The notes under the pieces: generated by a model
What the model was told of the DNA's origin: nothing
What the model saw: only the letters and a program-made list of their open reading frames with translations
The model's database searches: none
Position numbers and translations under genes: made by a program
Source of the DNA: Nemertoderma westbladi
Lineage: Eukaryota; Animalia; Xenacoelomorpha
Reading direction: 5' to 3'
Length of the DNA stretch: 64,000 bases
Assembly (NCBI GenBank): GCA_032718475.1
Contig: JAUCBJ010005505.1
Coordinates: 1 to 64,000, forward strand
Part shown: piece by piece, positions 37,174 through 51,359 of the stretch
Layout of the letters: each line of letters starts with the position of its first letter
Numbering within the stretch: the stretch's first letter is position 1

Positions 37174-38818
37174 GGGTGCATGTAAAGAGCGGACTGCGGA
37201 CTGGCGGACTACGGACTGGGGATTGCCAAAATCCGCGCGGTCAATTTGAATTATCGACTTCCAAACTAAGAATCCGCTCTTTGTTGTCTGGACAAATTGC
37301 GGACTGAAGCCTGTAAATTGTAACCTGATTGGCTCAATCATGTACATAGGCTGAAGCTGAACTTAAAGAATGAATCATCCCATTTGGCTTTTAAATGTTT
37401 ACCATTGTGCAACACTGTAATACAGGAAATAATTATCCTATACAGTAATTACGTGGACTGTTGATTAAGGGCCTACTATATAATCAACATTCTACGGATT
37501 TTCAGATTATTCATTTCAATAAATATTTTTATATACTTCCTGCCTTTAGAGTTTATGTCACAGTTGTCTGTTCGCAAATATAAAAGAGCGAATATTCGGA
37601 CATCCTAAGCGCAGGAGCTGGGGGAAGATCTTCTCTGTGCTGGGGGTAAGAGAGCGTAAGAAAAGGGGGAACAGGGGCAAAGAAAAGGGGTGTGGATCTA
37701 TAAATAGCATCCAATAGGACGCATCTAATTACTGGCATTTAATTCTGTCCAAATTTTTATGACAGCCTTAAAATGAAAACCACGAACACCTGATCGGCTA
37801 GTGCTTTTTTTAATGCTTTTTTAGTGTGGGCTGTGATATCCTACATATCTGACATACGATTAACTGGGCCCATGTGAAGTATACCAGACTTTCTGCCGTT
37901 ATATTTCACTTTGCAGTTACCCCCATGTGAAGAATACCAGGTTTTCACCAAAAATACAGGTTACAGAAGGGCTGAATCTAACCAAAACAATAAACAAATT
38001 AGTATATGTACAGGTTATAAGACAGAAATTAGCGATATAAAACACTTAATAAAGATAAATTAAAAAAAATAAAAAATCTTCATATATAAAATTCCAATAA
38101 AAAGTCGACCGAAAAGTGAAATCCTGGTATTCTTCACATGGGCGATTAACTGTGGGGCGAGCAACGTAAGTCCAGGTGAGCCTTAGCATATCGCATATCA
38201 GCATATGGGTATAAGTGGTGGACCCGTCTGTCGTTGTCATCGTCGGAAATGTTTGAACGCTAATAAGTCGGTCAATCTTGGAAAAATAATGTTTCACAAC
38301 TAGTATGTACGACAAAATTTAAGTAACAAACAAACAATGAATATCTTATAACGTCGCGGTTCACACCTTTAAGCAATAAGCATAACTCTGCTTCGGCAGC
38401 AGAAGTACATACTAAGGTCTGACAGTAGTCCCAAAGTCTTCATCCAAAGTAGAGTTACGAATGAATCATGCTTAAAAGAGTGAACCGGCCTTAACCTGAG
38501 GGATTTTATTGAAAGTTCAAGAGTTCTTCCTACTGCCTACATAATAGGTTTTCAAAATAATAGGTTTCCATCTCTGTGTCACAATGAAAACATTTAAGCC
38601 AATAAGAGGATTCAGGAAACTTCCCTTTGGGCCTATGTAAATGATTGAGCCAATCAGGTTAAAATTTTCTGGCTTCAGTCCGCCGTTTGTCCAGACAACA
38701 AAGAGCGGATTCTTACATTATAATGCTATAATTCAAATTGACCGCGCATATTTGGGCTTTTAATTGACAATCCACAGTCCGTAGTCCGCAGTCCGCAGTC
38801 CGCTCTTTACATGCACCC
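37174..38818. mobile_element. Non-autonomous MULE, 1645 bp
   Basis: About 180-bp imperfect TIRs starting GGGTGCATGTAAAGAGCGGACTGCGGACT; 9-bp TSD ACATTTACA at 37165-37173 and 38819-38827. Confidence 0.9.
37867..38143. mobile_element. MITE nested in the MULE
   Basis: TIRs GCCCATGTGAAG(T/A)ATACCAG; 9-bp direct repeat GATTAACTG at 37858-37866 and 38144-38152. Confidence 0.8.
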
Positions 38819-40245
38819 ACATTTACATATGTAAACAAAGGCCGGTAAACTGAAAATCGCGCTGATTGGACGAAAAATAACATAGGCCCTATGGATAAAG
38901 AAACAGCTGGCAAATTTCGTCATTGTAGCTCTGTACCAAAACAGACGCTAGAGGGCATAAGTCTATACATTCTACAATCCCTTGAAATAATGCTGGCCTT
39001 TTAGAGTACAGTAGTTCGCGAATTGCACAAAAACGACACATTTTTGCCGCAAAAGCTTTAACAACCGCTCTTTTCGCAAAGAGGGCGAAATTAACTTCAT
39101 TGTCCAAGGTTATTCCGACGGACCTGGATTCGCATCGACTTCCTGGTAAGAACCTATGCAGAAAACTCGCCTTTTAGCTACAAGGGCTACGGCCAATAGG
39201 TTCCACGGGAAACTGTGCAAGACTCGAGGAACTTTCCACGAGCCGACTTCCGACTGCGTCTGTAAATTCTGCGGCACCTCAGCAATAAGCGGTAGGTACC
39301 ATTGCCTCAAATAACTCGGGCCCCCACTCTCAGCGCTCTCCATTTTAAAATTAGGGAAAATTTATTCTGTTCATTGTTTATTGCTATGTTTATACAGTAC
39401 TGATTTTACTGCTTTTTAACCCCTTTTACTCATACAGAGATAAAATAAAAAAAAATGTTATTTTACTATTTTACAGCCGTGCAATAACTCAGTAATAATT
39501 ACAGTATTATTTCAGAATTATTTCCCTGCCCTGCATGACCTCACCAGTCCTAGTGACCTATAAAAACTGCAGAACTGTCTGACTGTCAGATTGTATACCG
39601 ATAACAGAAAACACCAGACTCTGTGAGGGGACAGCTATTCCAGTATTCATTAGGCCCCCTATTCCTGTATTCACTATTCATGCAGTGGTCCTACTGCAGT
39701 ACTGCAGTTTTGTGTATTGAGAGCTGGAGAGGCGACTGTCAGGTGTCAGGCCCTTCCTTCACCATTCTGCCAATACAGCAATAAGAAATACCTACTGACC
39801 TAGGCTACCCTATATGCTATAATTATAATAATACAAATAAATACAATACCGGTACAGCTAAAGCTGTCTGTATCTGCTGATCTGTCAGTCTGTGTTAGTG
39901 TGTGTGTAGTGCTGTACACTGTCAGACTGTAGTGTGTATAGACCTACTGCAGTACAGCAGTACGGTACTGACCTCTGGACCTAGCTGCCTAATCCAGTAG
40001 TCCTGTCTGCTTCTGCTTCTGCTAGTAGCTTCTGTGTTCTGTACTGCTGTAGTACAGTAGTAGCAAGCTAGTCAGCACCGCAGTACCGCTACCGGTAGTA
40101 CTGTATCAGTGTATTGTGCAGTTGTGTATTGCCTGTCTGCCTGTACCGCGTACCGGTACCAACCTGCCAACATAAAGCCATCATCATCATTCAGTCATTA
40201 GGCTGTTAGGCTACCCAGCTACCGTACTGCATTAGCAACAGAGCA

Positions 40246-40785
40246 ATGTCCGATGGGAACACCGAGAGAGGGGTTGTGAAGTGGTTCAGCAACGAAAAGG
40301 GATTTGGGTTTATCACCCCGGATGCGGGAGGTGAAGACCTGTTTGTTCATCAAACACAAATACACGCAAAGGGTTTCCGATCGTTGGCAGAAGATGAGAA
40401 GGTTGAATTCGTTAGAGTTCCGGATGAGCGCGGGAATGGGAAGGAGAAAGCGACCAACGTAACGGGACCGGATGGTGCATACGTAGTTGGGGCGCCTCGG
40501 GATGGGGGTGGTGGTGGGAGAGGGGGAGGGTTCGATCCTTACAGAGGGGGTGGGGGTGGTGGACGATATGGGGGAGGAGGTGGTTACGGTGGCGGCGGTG
40601 GCTACGGAGGGGGAGGGGGTGGCGGCGGAGGAAATTACGGTGGCGGCGGTGGAAATTACGGTGGGGGTGGTGGAAATTACGCTGGGGGCGGTGGAAATTA
40701 CGGTGGTGGCGGAGGAAATTACGGTGGGGGCGGTGGAAATTACGGTGGGGGAGGTGGAAATTACGGAGGCGGAAACTATTACTGA
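40246..40785 (+). CDS. Cold-shock-domain protein with glycine-rich (GGGGNY)n tail, intronless
   Basis: GVVKWF, RNP1 KGFGFI, RNP2 LFVHQ, GFRSL, NVTGPDG; GCAATG start; low-complexity G/Y/N tail. Confidence 0.93.
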   Translation: MSDGNTERGVVKWFSNEKGFGFITPDAGGEDLFVHQTQIHAKGFRSLAEDEKVEFVRVPDERGNGKEKATNVTGPDGAYVVGAPRDGGGGGRGGGFDPYRGGGGGGRYGGGGGYGGGGGYGGGGGGGGGNYGGGGGNYGGGGGNYAGGGGNYGGGGGNYGGGGGNYGGGGGNYGGGNYY

Positions 40786-42297
40786 ATAACAACACAGCAA
40801 CAGTATGAAAGTATCAACTATCGTAAGCGTAACTCTACTCATGTACTCCTTCCTCTAATACTTTCGTAGCACCTGCCGCTCCCATAACACGCCAGCAACC
40901 GGTAGTGCATAATTTCGAAAAACACGGGTGCTTGCTGGCAGGCTGGGGTGGGTAGGGGTGTATTTGTGTGGTTTAGGCCTATCTATATATACAACACCAT
41001 ATACTGGTAGGCCTATTAGCCTATAGGAGAGGATATATATGGACCTCACCTATATATAAATAAATCTATGATCCTCGTTTGTATTTGGCTTTAACAGATC
41101 GCGTTGTATATCTTCGGTTTTATTATGTCATTCTTTACACATATTACTGGGCCATGTAATTGTATGTGTGTCTCGTAATGGTTAGGCCTACTTTTAATGT
41201 AGGCGTAGCTATATGCTCTAGCTGTAACAAACAATTGTCTGAAATTATTTTTATATTTTATATAGTCAATGCTGTTTCTGTGTGTAAGGAGTAAGGAGCA
41301 GACAACTGTTCCCCAAAAGGCTATATGGCTTCGAAAAAATAATGCTTTTGTAATTAATTACTAATTAATTATTTTTAGTTAATACTGTATATATATTATA
41401 TATAGTACCTAAAAATAATTAACTAGTTAGTAATTAATGCTTTCGAAATTACGCCTAATTAATTACTAAGAAATAATTATTTTTAGATAATATATATCTT
41501 TAATAATGGTGAAATCTGGGTGTATAATAATTAGTTTAGTTATCAGTACCGGGTATATGAAATGTATACACCAGTCTGTTATGTATTTGAGGTGGTTTTG
41601 ATTTTGGTTTATTAAAGTATAAGTAGTGTTCCTAGTACGCGTAGCACTTATATATCTCGATTACGGTATATATACCGTAAATATATATATATGGAATAAG
41701 TTTAATGAGTATTATATAACAAATGACAACATTTAAGCCGTTTCATAATGTATATGACGTTGTTTTTTTAAGATTACTGGGTCAGATATTCATATATTGA
41801 GTTGAGCTGCTTGTATTTTCGTTAATATAATGGCCACTAAGGCGTTTTAATTGTTAGCCATTAGGTACCAAGTTCAGAAGTATATATAATATATAATTAC
41901 ATACCGGTACATATATAGGCCTATATATACATACATACTACTTGTATTTTGTAATGAACTTACATCTGTCAACGTCACACATTTATTAGGCCCTATTCAA
42001 ATTGTTTCTTTGATGGCGTTTTGCAAGTATATACAGTAGTTTTAAACTTCCTTCATTTATTGACAATAGCGTTTGTGACTATTAGTTTTTTCAAAAACTA
42101 TTGAAATAGAAGATACCGGTATTATTTACTTACAGTCCGAACACCGTGATTTCATGAATCGATCAATATATTGTATTATAATGCTCTATTAGAATTTACA
42201 AAGCTATTTTCCTCATTTTAGCCGACCTGTAGGTTAAATAACACACCAAATACATCAGGTATCCGGCAAAACCAGACTAATGATAATGGAGACTTTA

Positions 42298-45200
42298 TTT
42301 ACCAAAACATTTGGTGTTAAAAATTAGCACTAAAATTTATATTAATACCAGACTAATAAATTGAGACAGTGACTATTATATAGCAATCATAAATTACAAT
42401 TGGGGTGTTTGTCTCAGTGTGTCGTACATGCTAACTTTATAAAGCTCATTCGTACCGGAATATGTGACTAAATTCGGTAGGATGTTAACACCAATGCTAC
42501 ATCCACAAACAAGTTGAATTACCATTAGGATTAACAGAAAAGTAAACTAACTTTACAGAATGGAAATATATATAATCTCAGTATAAGCTATTATTTTTTT
42601 ATTTACCTACAAACAACTTCACTACATTAGGCGAATATAATAATTTCTAACTTCCTAATGTATCTTTTCTTGTTTGTTGGACATGATATTTTAAGGATTT
42701 AATGAATTAGGTTTTTTGGACAGTTATAACAAATTAATTTTATATATTTTATAATGTAATTAATTATAGGAACGTTTTTCCTTTTATGGAATCGTTTCGT
42801 ATTTAGTATTCATTATCCAAATATATATTAATATCTTATTGAATATATATACTATATTCAATACATGTACTATTAGTATAAGTATTATACACCACACATG
42901 CTTCTATATATAAAAATACATGCATTCGATTTGTATATTATCATACTTACTCCCTTACATTCAATAACAATACCAATCGAATTCAAGCAAAAACATATTT
43001 TTATACTAAGAAGCATGCATGATGGTTGCATTGGGAGTATAATGCATGTATGTATATGTACAATACAATATGATTATATGAAGCTACAATTTAAATTTCT
43101 TGTGTCAAAAAAATATTATTTTTATATTCATACGGTATGGTATAAATTAATGCCTGGCTATATTTTTGTACGTGTCTGTTTACTATTTTGTAGCGACACA
43201 GTTGGCCTAAAGTTCTACCGTATGTGCAATTATTAGAATTTGACACATTTTTATAATTATTCATTATAAATGTAATGATGCCATCGCCTTTCCTGCACCC
43301 TAGTTAAATATATTTTCCAATTCTGAAAACTGAAATTATTTAATAATAGATATTTATAAATGCAATTGTAACCAAATATTTATTATAAGCAGGGGAATGG
43401 AAGAAAAAAACCAACCAAGGGCCACTTTGTTCGGCGAAAACTAGAAACAAAACTTTATAATGTGTATTTGATGAATTTGTACCCAATATCAATACCGTGG
43501 GGAGTGGAATTTATTATTTTCCTGATTAAAAACCAAAACCATCCAAATCTTAGAAAATTACAGCAGTAGGGCATGGCATTTTGTTATAACCAGAGAAAGT
43601 ATCATTCCCATGTTTTTTATGAGCTTCGTGTAGGAGGTACGACAACTGGAAATGTAGAAATATTCTTTACTAAGTACTTTTTAAAAAAAATACTCTACCT
43701 AACCTATCCACAACTACTACTGTTCACTTTAAAGATAGATATAATTAAAAGTAGGGATGTCCCGGAATTCCGTTCCGGTCGGAATTCCGGAGGTTTTTGC
43801 CCGATTCCGTTTCCGGCCGGAATGGGGTCAATTCCGGCCGGAATATTACCGGAATTACCAGGTTCCTAACTAGTTTGATAGTTGCAATTAGTTTGTTAAA
43901 TTATTATCAACATTTATATATTTTTTAAACATTATTACCAATTAGTTTAAGATACTTTTCAACACTTGTAAAAAAGTATAGAAATGAAGTTTTCTTCGAC
44001 CGTTAGAGCTAACATTAAAAGATGCAAGGCATAGATGCCCCCTGGTTAGCCCCTTCAAACCATTCGCGCCGAATCGAAAACTGCCTTGGCCCACATGCTG
44101 GGATCGAACCTACGACCTCCAGATAGATTGGAATTCAATGCAACCAGTTCACCAAGGTGGAACCTAACTAACCTATGTATCGAGGGAAAATTCACAGCCA
44201 CCCTGTTTAGTTTATTAAAGTGAATGCAGTCTTGATGGGTATATGTAACACATTTCCAAAACAAATTCACCTGGTAATGAAACTAAAATGGTCCCACCAT
44301 ATGTTACACCACCTACTGTAGTTGTATTCATATACAATTCACAATAACCATCGTAATTTACATTAACTAATGAAATGCATCAATAGGCCCGTGCCCCACT
44401 GGTCAGAATGTCATTATGAATGCCTCCTTGCTCCATTGGTAACACAAGTCATAAGTCATTTGATATTTACCTAAACATTTGGTGTTAAAAATTAGCACTA
44501 AAATTTATGTTAATACCAGACTAATAAATTGAGACAGTGACTATTATATAGCAATCATAAATTACAATTGGGGTGTTTGTCTCAGTGTGTCGTACATGCT
44601 AACTTTATGAAGCTCATTCGTACCGGAATATGTGACTAAATTCGGTAGGATGTTAACACCAATGCTACATCCACAAACAAGTTGAATTACCATTAGGATT
44701 AACAGAAAAGTAAACTAACTTTACAGAATGGAAATATATATAATCCCAGTATAAGCTATTATTTTTTTATTTACCTACAAACAACTTCACTACATTAGGC
44801 GAATATAATAATTTCTAACTTCCTAATGTATCTTTTCTTGTTTGTTGGACATGATATTTTAAGGATTTAATGAATTAGGTTTTTTGGACAGTTATAACAA
44901 ATTAATTTTATATATTTTATAATGTAATTAATTATAGGAACGTTTTTCCTTTTATGGAATCGTTTCGTATTTAGTATTCATTATCCAAATATATATTAAT
45001 ATCTTATTGAATATATATACTATATTCAATACATGTACTATTAGTATATGTATTATACACCACACATGCTTCTATATATAAAAATACATGCATTCGATTT
45101 GTATATTATCATACTTACTCCCTTACATTCAATAACAATACCAATCGAATTCAAGCAAAAACATATTTTTATACTAAGAAGCATGCATGATGGATGCATT

Positions 45201-47962
45201 GGGAGTATAATGCATGTATGTATATGTACTAGTGTTGAGAACTGAATCAATTTTGACTAATTTCAGTTACAGTTACAGTTTCAGTATTCAAAGTTTTGCA
45301 TTTCAGTTACAGTTACAGTTTCAGTATTCAAAGTTTTGCATTTCAGTTACAGTTACAGTTTCAGTATTACAAAGTGTAACATTTCAGTTACAGTTACAGT
45401 TTCAGTATTACAAAATTGAGCATTTCAGTTTCAGTTACAGTTTCAGTTATTCAATATATATGATCTCACGTAGTAAGCAGTCATCTGAAACTAAAAATGA
45501 GGCACTTTAATATATTACTGTAATATACGCTAATATTAATGTTCATTACGAAACGTCCTCTTTCTAGAGCTAATAGGTAGTTGTGGTAGGAAAGTTGGAC
45601 CCACGCTATGGTAATATTTTGTAACTAATATACTGATAGTATGTAATGAAAGTGTCACGTCACAAGATCACACTAAAGGCACCCACATTTTACTGTACAT
45701 CTTGTTTCAGTGCTTGTACAGTACTGTTATCATTTATTGTTTTGGTTATAAAGCCATGCTTCTGAATCCTGCTCATTTTCCTTAATTCGTAATTTGTTTT
45801 AGTAATCATATATTTATTGTTTTGGTTAGACCCACCTCGATAAGCTGCTCCTTTCACTTTTAAGTTTAATTTTGTAATTTATAATGGTAAACTTGATCAA
45901 AATTTAATTTCCAGTGTGCCTCTAGTGTGATTGTGATATTAATAGTACCGGTAAAAACATTAATAATTAATAATGTAAGATATATATCCGTTAATATCCC
46001 TCTACCATTAGGCCTAACTTTTCTTTGTTTATCTAAAACATTTACATTTAATATGAAGCAAAAGTGGTGATAAGGCTGATAATAGTCTAATAGTTGAGAC
46101 AGATAAACATAGACTATATGCTACTGTAGATCTTCGTTCACTACTTGACTCGCCAAATAAATCACATTTGAGTTAAGTGGGCAATGGGTTTTTTATTTTA
46201 TATTGTGTAATATTATGGTTTTGTTCAGAAGTGGAAAAAATGAGATTGTTTTTTTATAACAATGTTTTAAAAATGATACCTATTATATATGGTAACCATA
46301 TATGGTAACCACTGTTATTCATTTATTAAACTGTACTCTATACTTTATTACCATACTGTTTTAAATGCTCATTCATGTTAATTGTGTGATTGAGAACTGA
46401 ATCGGATTTTGTTAATTTCAGTTTCAGTTACAGTATTCAAAATTCGTAATTACAGTTTCAGTTACAGTTACAGTATTCAAAATTCGCAATTACAGTTGCA
46501 GTTATAGTTACAGTATCAAAAAAATCATCAAAACCATTCAGTTACAGTTGCAGTTACAGTATAATTACAGTTACAGTTCTCAACACTAATATGTACAATA
46601 CAATATGATTATATGAAGCTACACTGCTACAATTTAAATTTCTTGTGTCAAAAAAATATTATTTTTATATTCATACGGTATGGTATAAATTAATGCCTGG
46701 CTATATTTTTGTACGTGTCTGTTTACTATTTTGTAGCGACACAGTTGGCCTAAAGTTCTACCGTATGTGCAATTATTAGAATTTGACACATTTTTATAAT
46801 TATTCATTATAAATGTAATGATGCCATCGCCTTTCCTGCACCCTAGTTAAATATATTTTCCAATTCTGAAAACTGAAATTATTTAATAATAGATATTTAT
46901 AAATGCAATTGTAACCAAATATTTATTATAATCAGGGGAATTAAAGAAAAAACCAACCAAGGGCCACTTTGTTCAGCGAAAACTAGAAACAAAACTTTAT
47001 AATGTGTATTTGATGAATTTATACCGTGGGGAGTGGAATTTATTATTTTCCTGATTAAAAACCAAAACCATCCAAATCTTAGAAAATTACAGCAGTAGGG
47101 CATGGCATTTTGTTATAACCAGAGAAAGTATCATTCCCATGTTTTTTTATGAGCTTCGTGTAGGAGGTACGACAACTGGAAATGTAGAAATATTCTTTAC
47201 TAAGTACTTTTAAAAAAAAATACTCTACCTAACCTATACACAACTACTACTGTTCACTTTAAAGATAGATATAATTAAAAGTAGGGAGGTCCCGGAATTC
47301 CGGTCGGAATTCCGGCGGTTTTTGCCCAATTCCGGTTCCGGCCGGAATATTACCGGAATTACCAGGTTCTTAACTAGTTTGATAGTTTGATTAGTTTGTT
47401 AAAATATTATCAACATTTATATATTTTTTAAACATTATTACCAATTAGTTTAAGATACTTTTCAACACTTGTAAAAAAGTATAGAAATGAAGTTTTCTTC
47501 GACCGTTAGAGCTAACATTAAAGGATGCAAGGCATAGATGCCCCCTGGTTAGCCCCTTCAAACCATTCGTGCCGAATCTGCCGTGGCCCACATGCTGGGA
47601 TCGAACCCACGACCTCCAGATAGATTGGAATTCAATGCAACCAGTTCACCAAGGTGGAACCTAACTAACCTATGTATCGAGGGAAAATTCACAGCCACCC
47701 TGTTTAGTTTATTAAAGTAAATGCAGTCTTGATGGGTATATGTAACACATTTCCAAAACAAATTCACCTGGTAATCAAACTAAAATGGTCCCACCATATG
47801 TTACACCACCTACTGTAGTTGTATTCATATACAATTCACAATAAGCATCGTAATTTACATTAACTAATGAAATGCATCAATAGGCCCGTGCCCCACTGGT
47901 CAGAATGTCAATATGAATGCCTCCTTGCTCCATTGGTAACACAAGTCATAAGTCATTTGATA
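42298..47962. repeat. About 2.17-kb tandem segmental duplication (A 42298-44465; B 44466-47962 with a 1.36-kb insertion)
   Basis: Both copies start TTTACC.AAACATTTGGTGTTAAAAATTAGCAC and end ACAAGTCATAAGTCATTTGATA; near identical throughout. Confidence 0.95.
45230..46588. mobile_element. Non-autonomous hAT element, 1359 bp
   Basis: 15-bp TIR TAGTGTTGAGAACTG; 8-bp TSD ATATGTAC (45222-45229, 46589-46596); empty site visible in copy A near 43055; (CAGTTA/T)n subterminal repeats. Confidence 0.93.
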
Positions 47963-48359
47963 AAAAATATTAGATACTGCATATTTATACCCAAAGTAAC
48001 CAATCACAGACCTCTTGCCGGATATAACACATGAGTCATGTGTCAAAAAATTATATTGATTTCCCTGTCGTTCAATGCCGAAGTACCATCCCGTCCCCAT
48101 AAGGGCACAGGCCATTCTCCACTCCACCCACTTTATTTCCCCCCAAGGTTCTGATTCCTCTCATTATCAAACTTAGCTTTAGAAATTTAAAAAATTCATT
48201 TGTTTCACAAAAAATTATAAAATTTCATGGGTCATTTAGTGTATTTCACTACAATTATAGAAAATTCCGGTTCCGGCCGGAATATTCCGGCCGGAATATT
48301 CCGGCATGTTGAATTCCGGTTCCGACCGGAATCAAAATATCGATTCCGGGACATCCCTA
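47282..48359. mobile_element. Non-autonomous hAT element, 1078 bp (truncated duplicate of its left part at 43752-44465)
   Basis: TIR TAGGGA(T/G)GTCCCGGAAT / ATTCCGGGACATCCCTA; 8-bp TSD ATTAAAAG; CCGGAAT subterminal repeats. Confidence 0.9.
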
Positions 48360-49339
48360 ATTAAAAGTACTGATATTCACTTCAAATTAAAGATAAAATC
48401 TACGTATTATGCCGATAGTTAATCACACTTAAAAGACAATCTGAAATATAGGGTAAAATAAAGGCCATAAAATCCCTCTATTGCAGCTGCACATTGAGAT
48501 GCCTTGCTGGCTAAACAAACAAATTGTGCCACCGCCATGCAATCTACAAATTGGCTTTCTGTGATGCAGCGTGCATGGATGCTACGCCGGCTTATCGACA
48601 AAATCGCACATAAACATGTACATTAAACCTATGTCCATAAACAAAAACCCATAGTTTAAAACTTTTAAACCCATCGTTATAGAACAAAAACCCATTGTTT
48701 AAAACTTTTAAACCCATCGTTATAGATCAAAAATGCATAGTTTAAAACTTTTTTAACTTTGTCAAATTATTAAGTAACAATCGTAAGGCCGCGTGAGATA
48801 GGCCTCTAAGTGAAATAATATATATTTATTACTTCAAACATAGTGGACATATATACATTCGTTTGTAGGAGACCGAATTATCCTAGTCAGTATCCGGACA
48901 ATTCGGTCCCGGACAATTCGGTCCCGGACAATTCGGTCCCAAAACACAAAATTAATGGGACCGAATGTCCAGCTTCCGCTGCGGCCTATATATATAGTCA
49001 TTATGCCGATGGTTGATAATAAAATATACATTCATTTCATTTAAGACAATCAGTCAACAACCATAAACCATTTAATTATATACCACTGTTGAAGTACTTT
49101 AAACATTAATACTCTGCGTATTGCAATATGAATTATTCATAACTTTGTTACCAACCACAAACCGCCGCTTAATTAAATACCACCTGGTACAATGCAGTAT
49201 ATACCTATATCTATTAATCGACTGTTAGAAACTGCTTTGTGAAGCAATCATTAATGAAAAGTGATCGAAAAGTTTTTTTGAAAATAAAAGTATATATTTT
49301 GAAAAATTGGTGTGTTATAATCTTACCAAAACCATAATA

Positions 49340-51359
49340 ATGTTGTCTGCACACCAAATAATAATAATTCACATCATGGCCAACGTGATACCAGTATCAT
49401 TTGGTGCAAGTGTTTACATGAACTCTTTCTGTACTACTGAAGGCTCACCAGACGGAGTGTCTTCTACCAAAGCCACATCAGCACACCAATGCAGCATTGA
49501 TTGCGAACAAAACAAGAATCAATGCTGGTCTTTCAGTTTCACTGATGACAAATGTGAGATCTATAGCGAGGATTGTCTGACAGAGATGGACAGCTGGGAT
49601 GTTGAGACACTGGGAAAACGATGGGTCAGCAACAGCAAAGGTATGCAGTACATTATTTAAATGCGGGTACCAGTATGGTACAAGACTACATGGAGTCTGA
49701 ATATTGTTAATTTAATTATTAAATTATTAATTAAATGAAAATATATCCAAGTTATCCATTGAACCTATGTATTAGTGTAGTACATTAGGTACTGTATATT
49801 GGTACAGTAGGCCTAGTTCATATTTAAAACAGTTATTTACGTTTCATTTCCATTACGATAAGGTCAATCAAATTAAACATAGTGGTGAAATGAAGATTAC
49901 AATTATTAAACAAGAAACAAAAAAAAGTGTTTTAACATAATTTGATATCTTGATTTAGAAGAGGACCTCGATTGTGTGTAGTGCAAACCGTTAAGGATTA
50001 TCACATTGATTATTACATTAACAGTTAATGAATCTTCATCACATTCATTTAGGAAATTGTCATACATCCATTCACCGGTTCCTGACTACTAGTCATATTT
50101 GTCCGATTTAGGGCTCATAGGAATCAGGGTAGCCCTCTTGCGGTAAACCTTTGTAACGGGTCCCGCAGTCAGGACGGAATCCCCCTGTTATAAAGGCCAC
50201 AGACATGGGTACACCAGTTTTTGTTAGCCAAGTCCCCAGTCATGGATCCCCCAATCACATGACTTCAAGACATACTGTAGTTGCCACAGTCATGGCCTCC
50301 TGACATATGTACTGTACACTAGTTTTTCTTGACCCAGTCATGGTTGTCTGATAAATTACTCAATCAATACATTTTATTCTTTACATTTATTGTACTACTG
50401 TAATTGATTTTTGTTTAGTTTTTGCTACACATACAATTTATATAATATCGCATATATTTATTTTATTTTCAAGTCGGTGTGAAATACGCCGTGAAATAAG
50501 GTAAAGTCAATGATGGCCATAGGTGTGCTATATATCACGGCGTGAAATTTAGAAACAGTATTCTTTCAGTATGACTGTACCGTATTCTACGGTTGTGCTG
50601 AGGTAGGCCTAACAGTAAATCATTCAATACAGATGCAGACAGGACAGCACAAGATACATAGGTCGTTAACAGCACTACCGCTGACGGTACCGGCGTCACT
50701 CATTCTGCCGCTATGCCTACACCTAGTGCTATAGGACTACTTTATGCAGTCTGTAGGACTACTACATAGGCTGTTAGCGGTACGGTACCGGTATAATATA
50801 CTATTTCTAATTAACGAAACTTCGCAACTTGAAAATAAAACGATGACATATTCGATTTAAATAAAATACCTGCATTTCCCTTTCAGGCTCTCGTTTCATA
50901 TTTCACTCACTCGCTTACGGTCTTTCGTGGAAATATTCCCACTCGAGACGACGTGAAATACAGTGGTAGTTTATTTAACTCGAATTTACAGTAGGCCTTT
51001 ACTGTAGTTAATCAATATTCTACACAAAGTATGCCAACTTACACGACTACAGTATAATAATATTATAATTTTAGTGAATTTCGCCGGTAGGTTCACCTCA
51101 CCCTGCCACGCCGCAGGCCTTGTCGATGCATATGTTACAGAACAGACAGATATCGAGAATTATCCTGAATGTATGTTAGGGTGTCTAAATCAACAACAAA
51201 GTCAGTGTACAGCAGCTGTTTGGGGTTGGAGTGAACACAATCCATCAGATACATTTTGTGGGTTTGAAAATCCAACAGGCTCTGACGCTCTTAGGGGCAT
51301 CAGTAAGTCACTTGGAGACAATCTTGCATACTTCAAGAGGGACGATAGTGACTTTAAAT
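49340..51359 (+). CDS. Probable secreted protein with two PAN/apple-like Cys modules; exons 49340-49640 and 51075-51359, 3' exon not found
   Basis: Hydrophobic N-terminus; C...CSIDC......CWSFSF....CEIY and C...CMLGC.......CTAAVW...C patterns. AAG/gtatgc, ttttag/TG and T/gtaagt junctions, all phase 1. Confidence 0.7.

Noticed and set aside
40219-40842. Minus-strand mucin-like 207-aa ORF with hydrophobic start
   Set aside because: Antisense shadow of the Gly-rich cold-shock gene.
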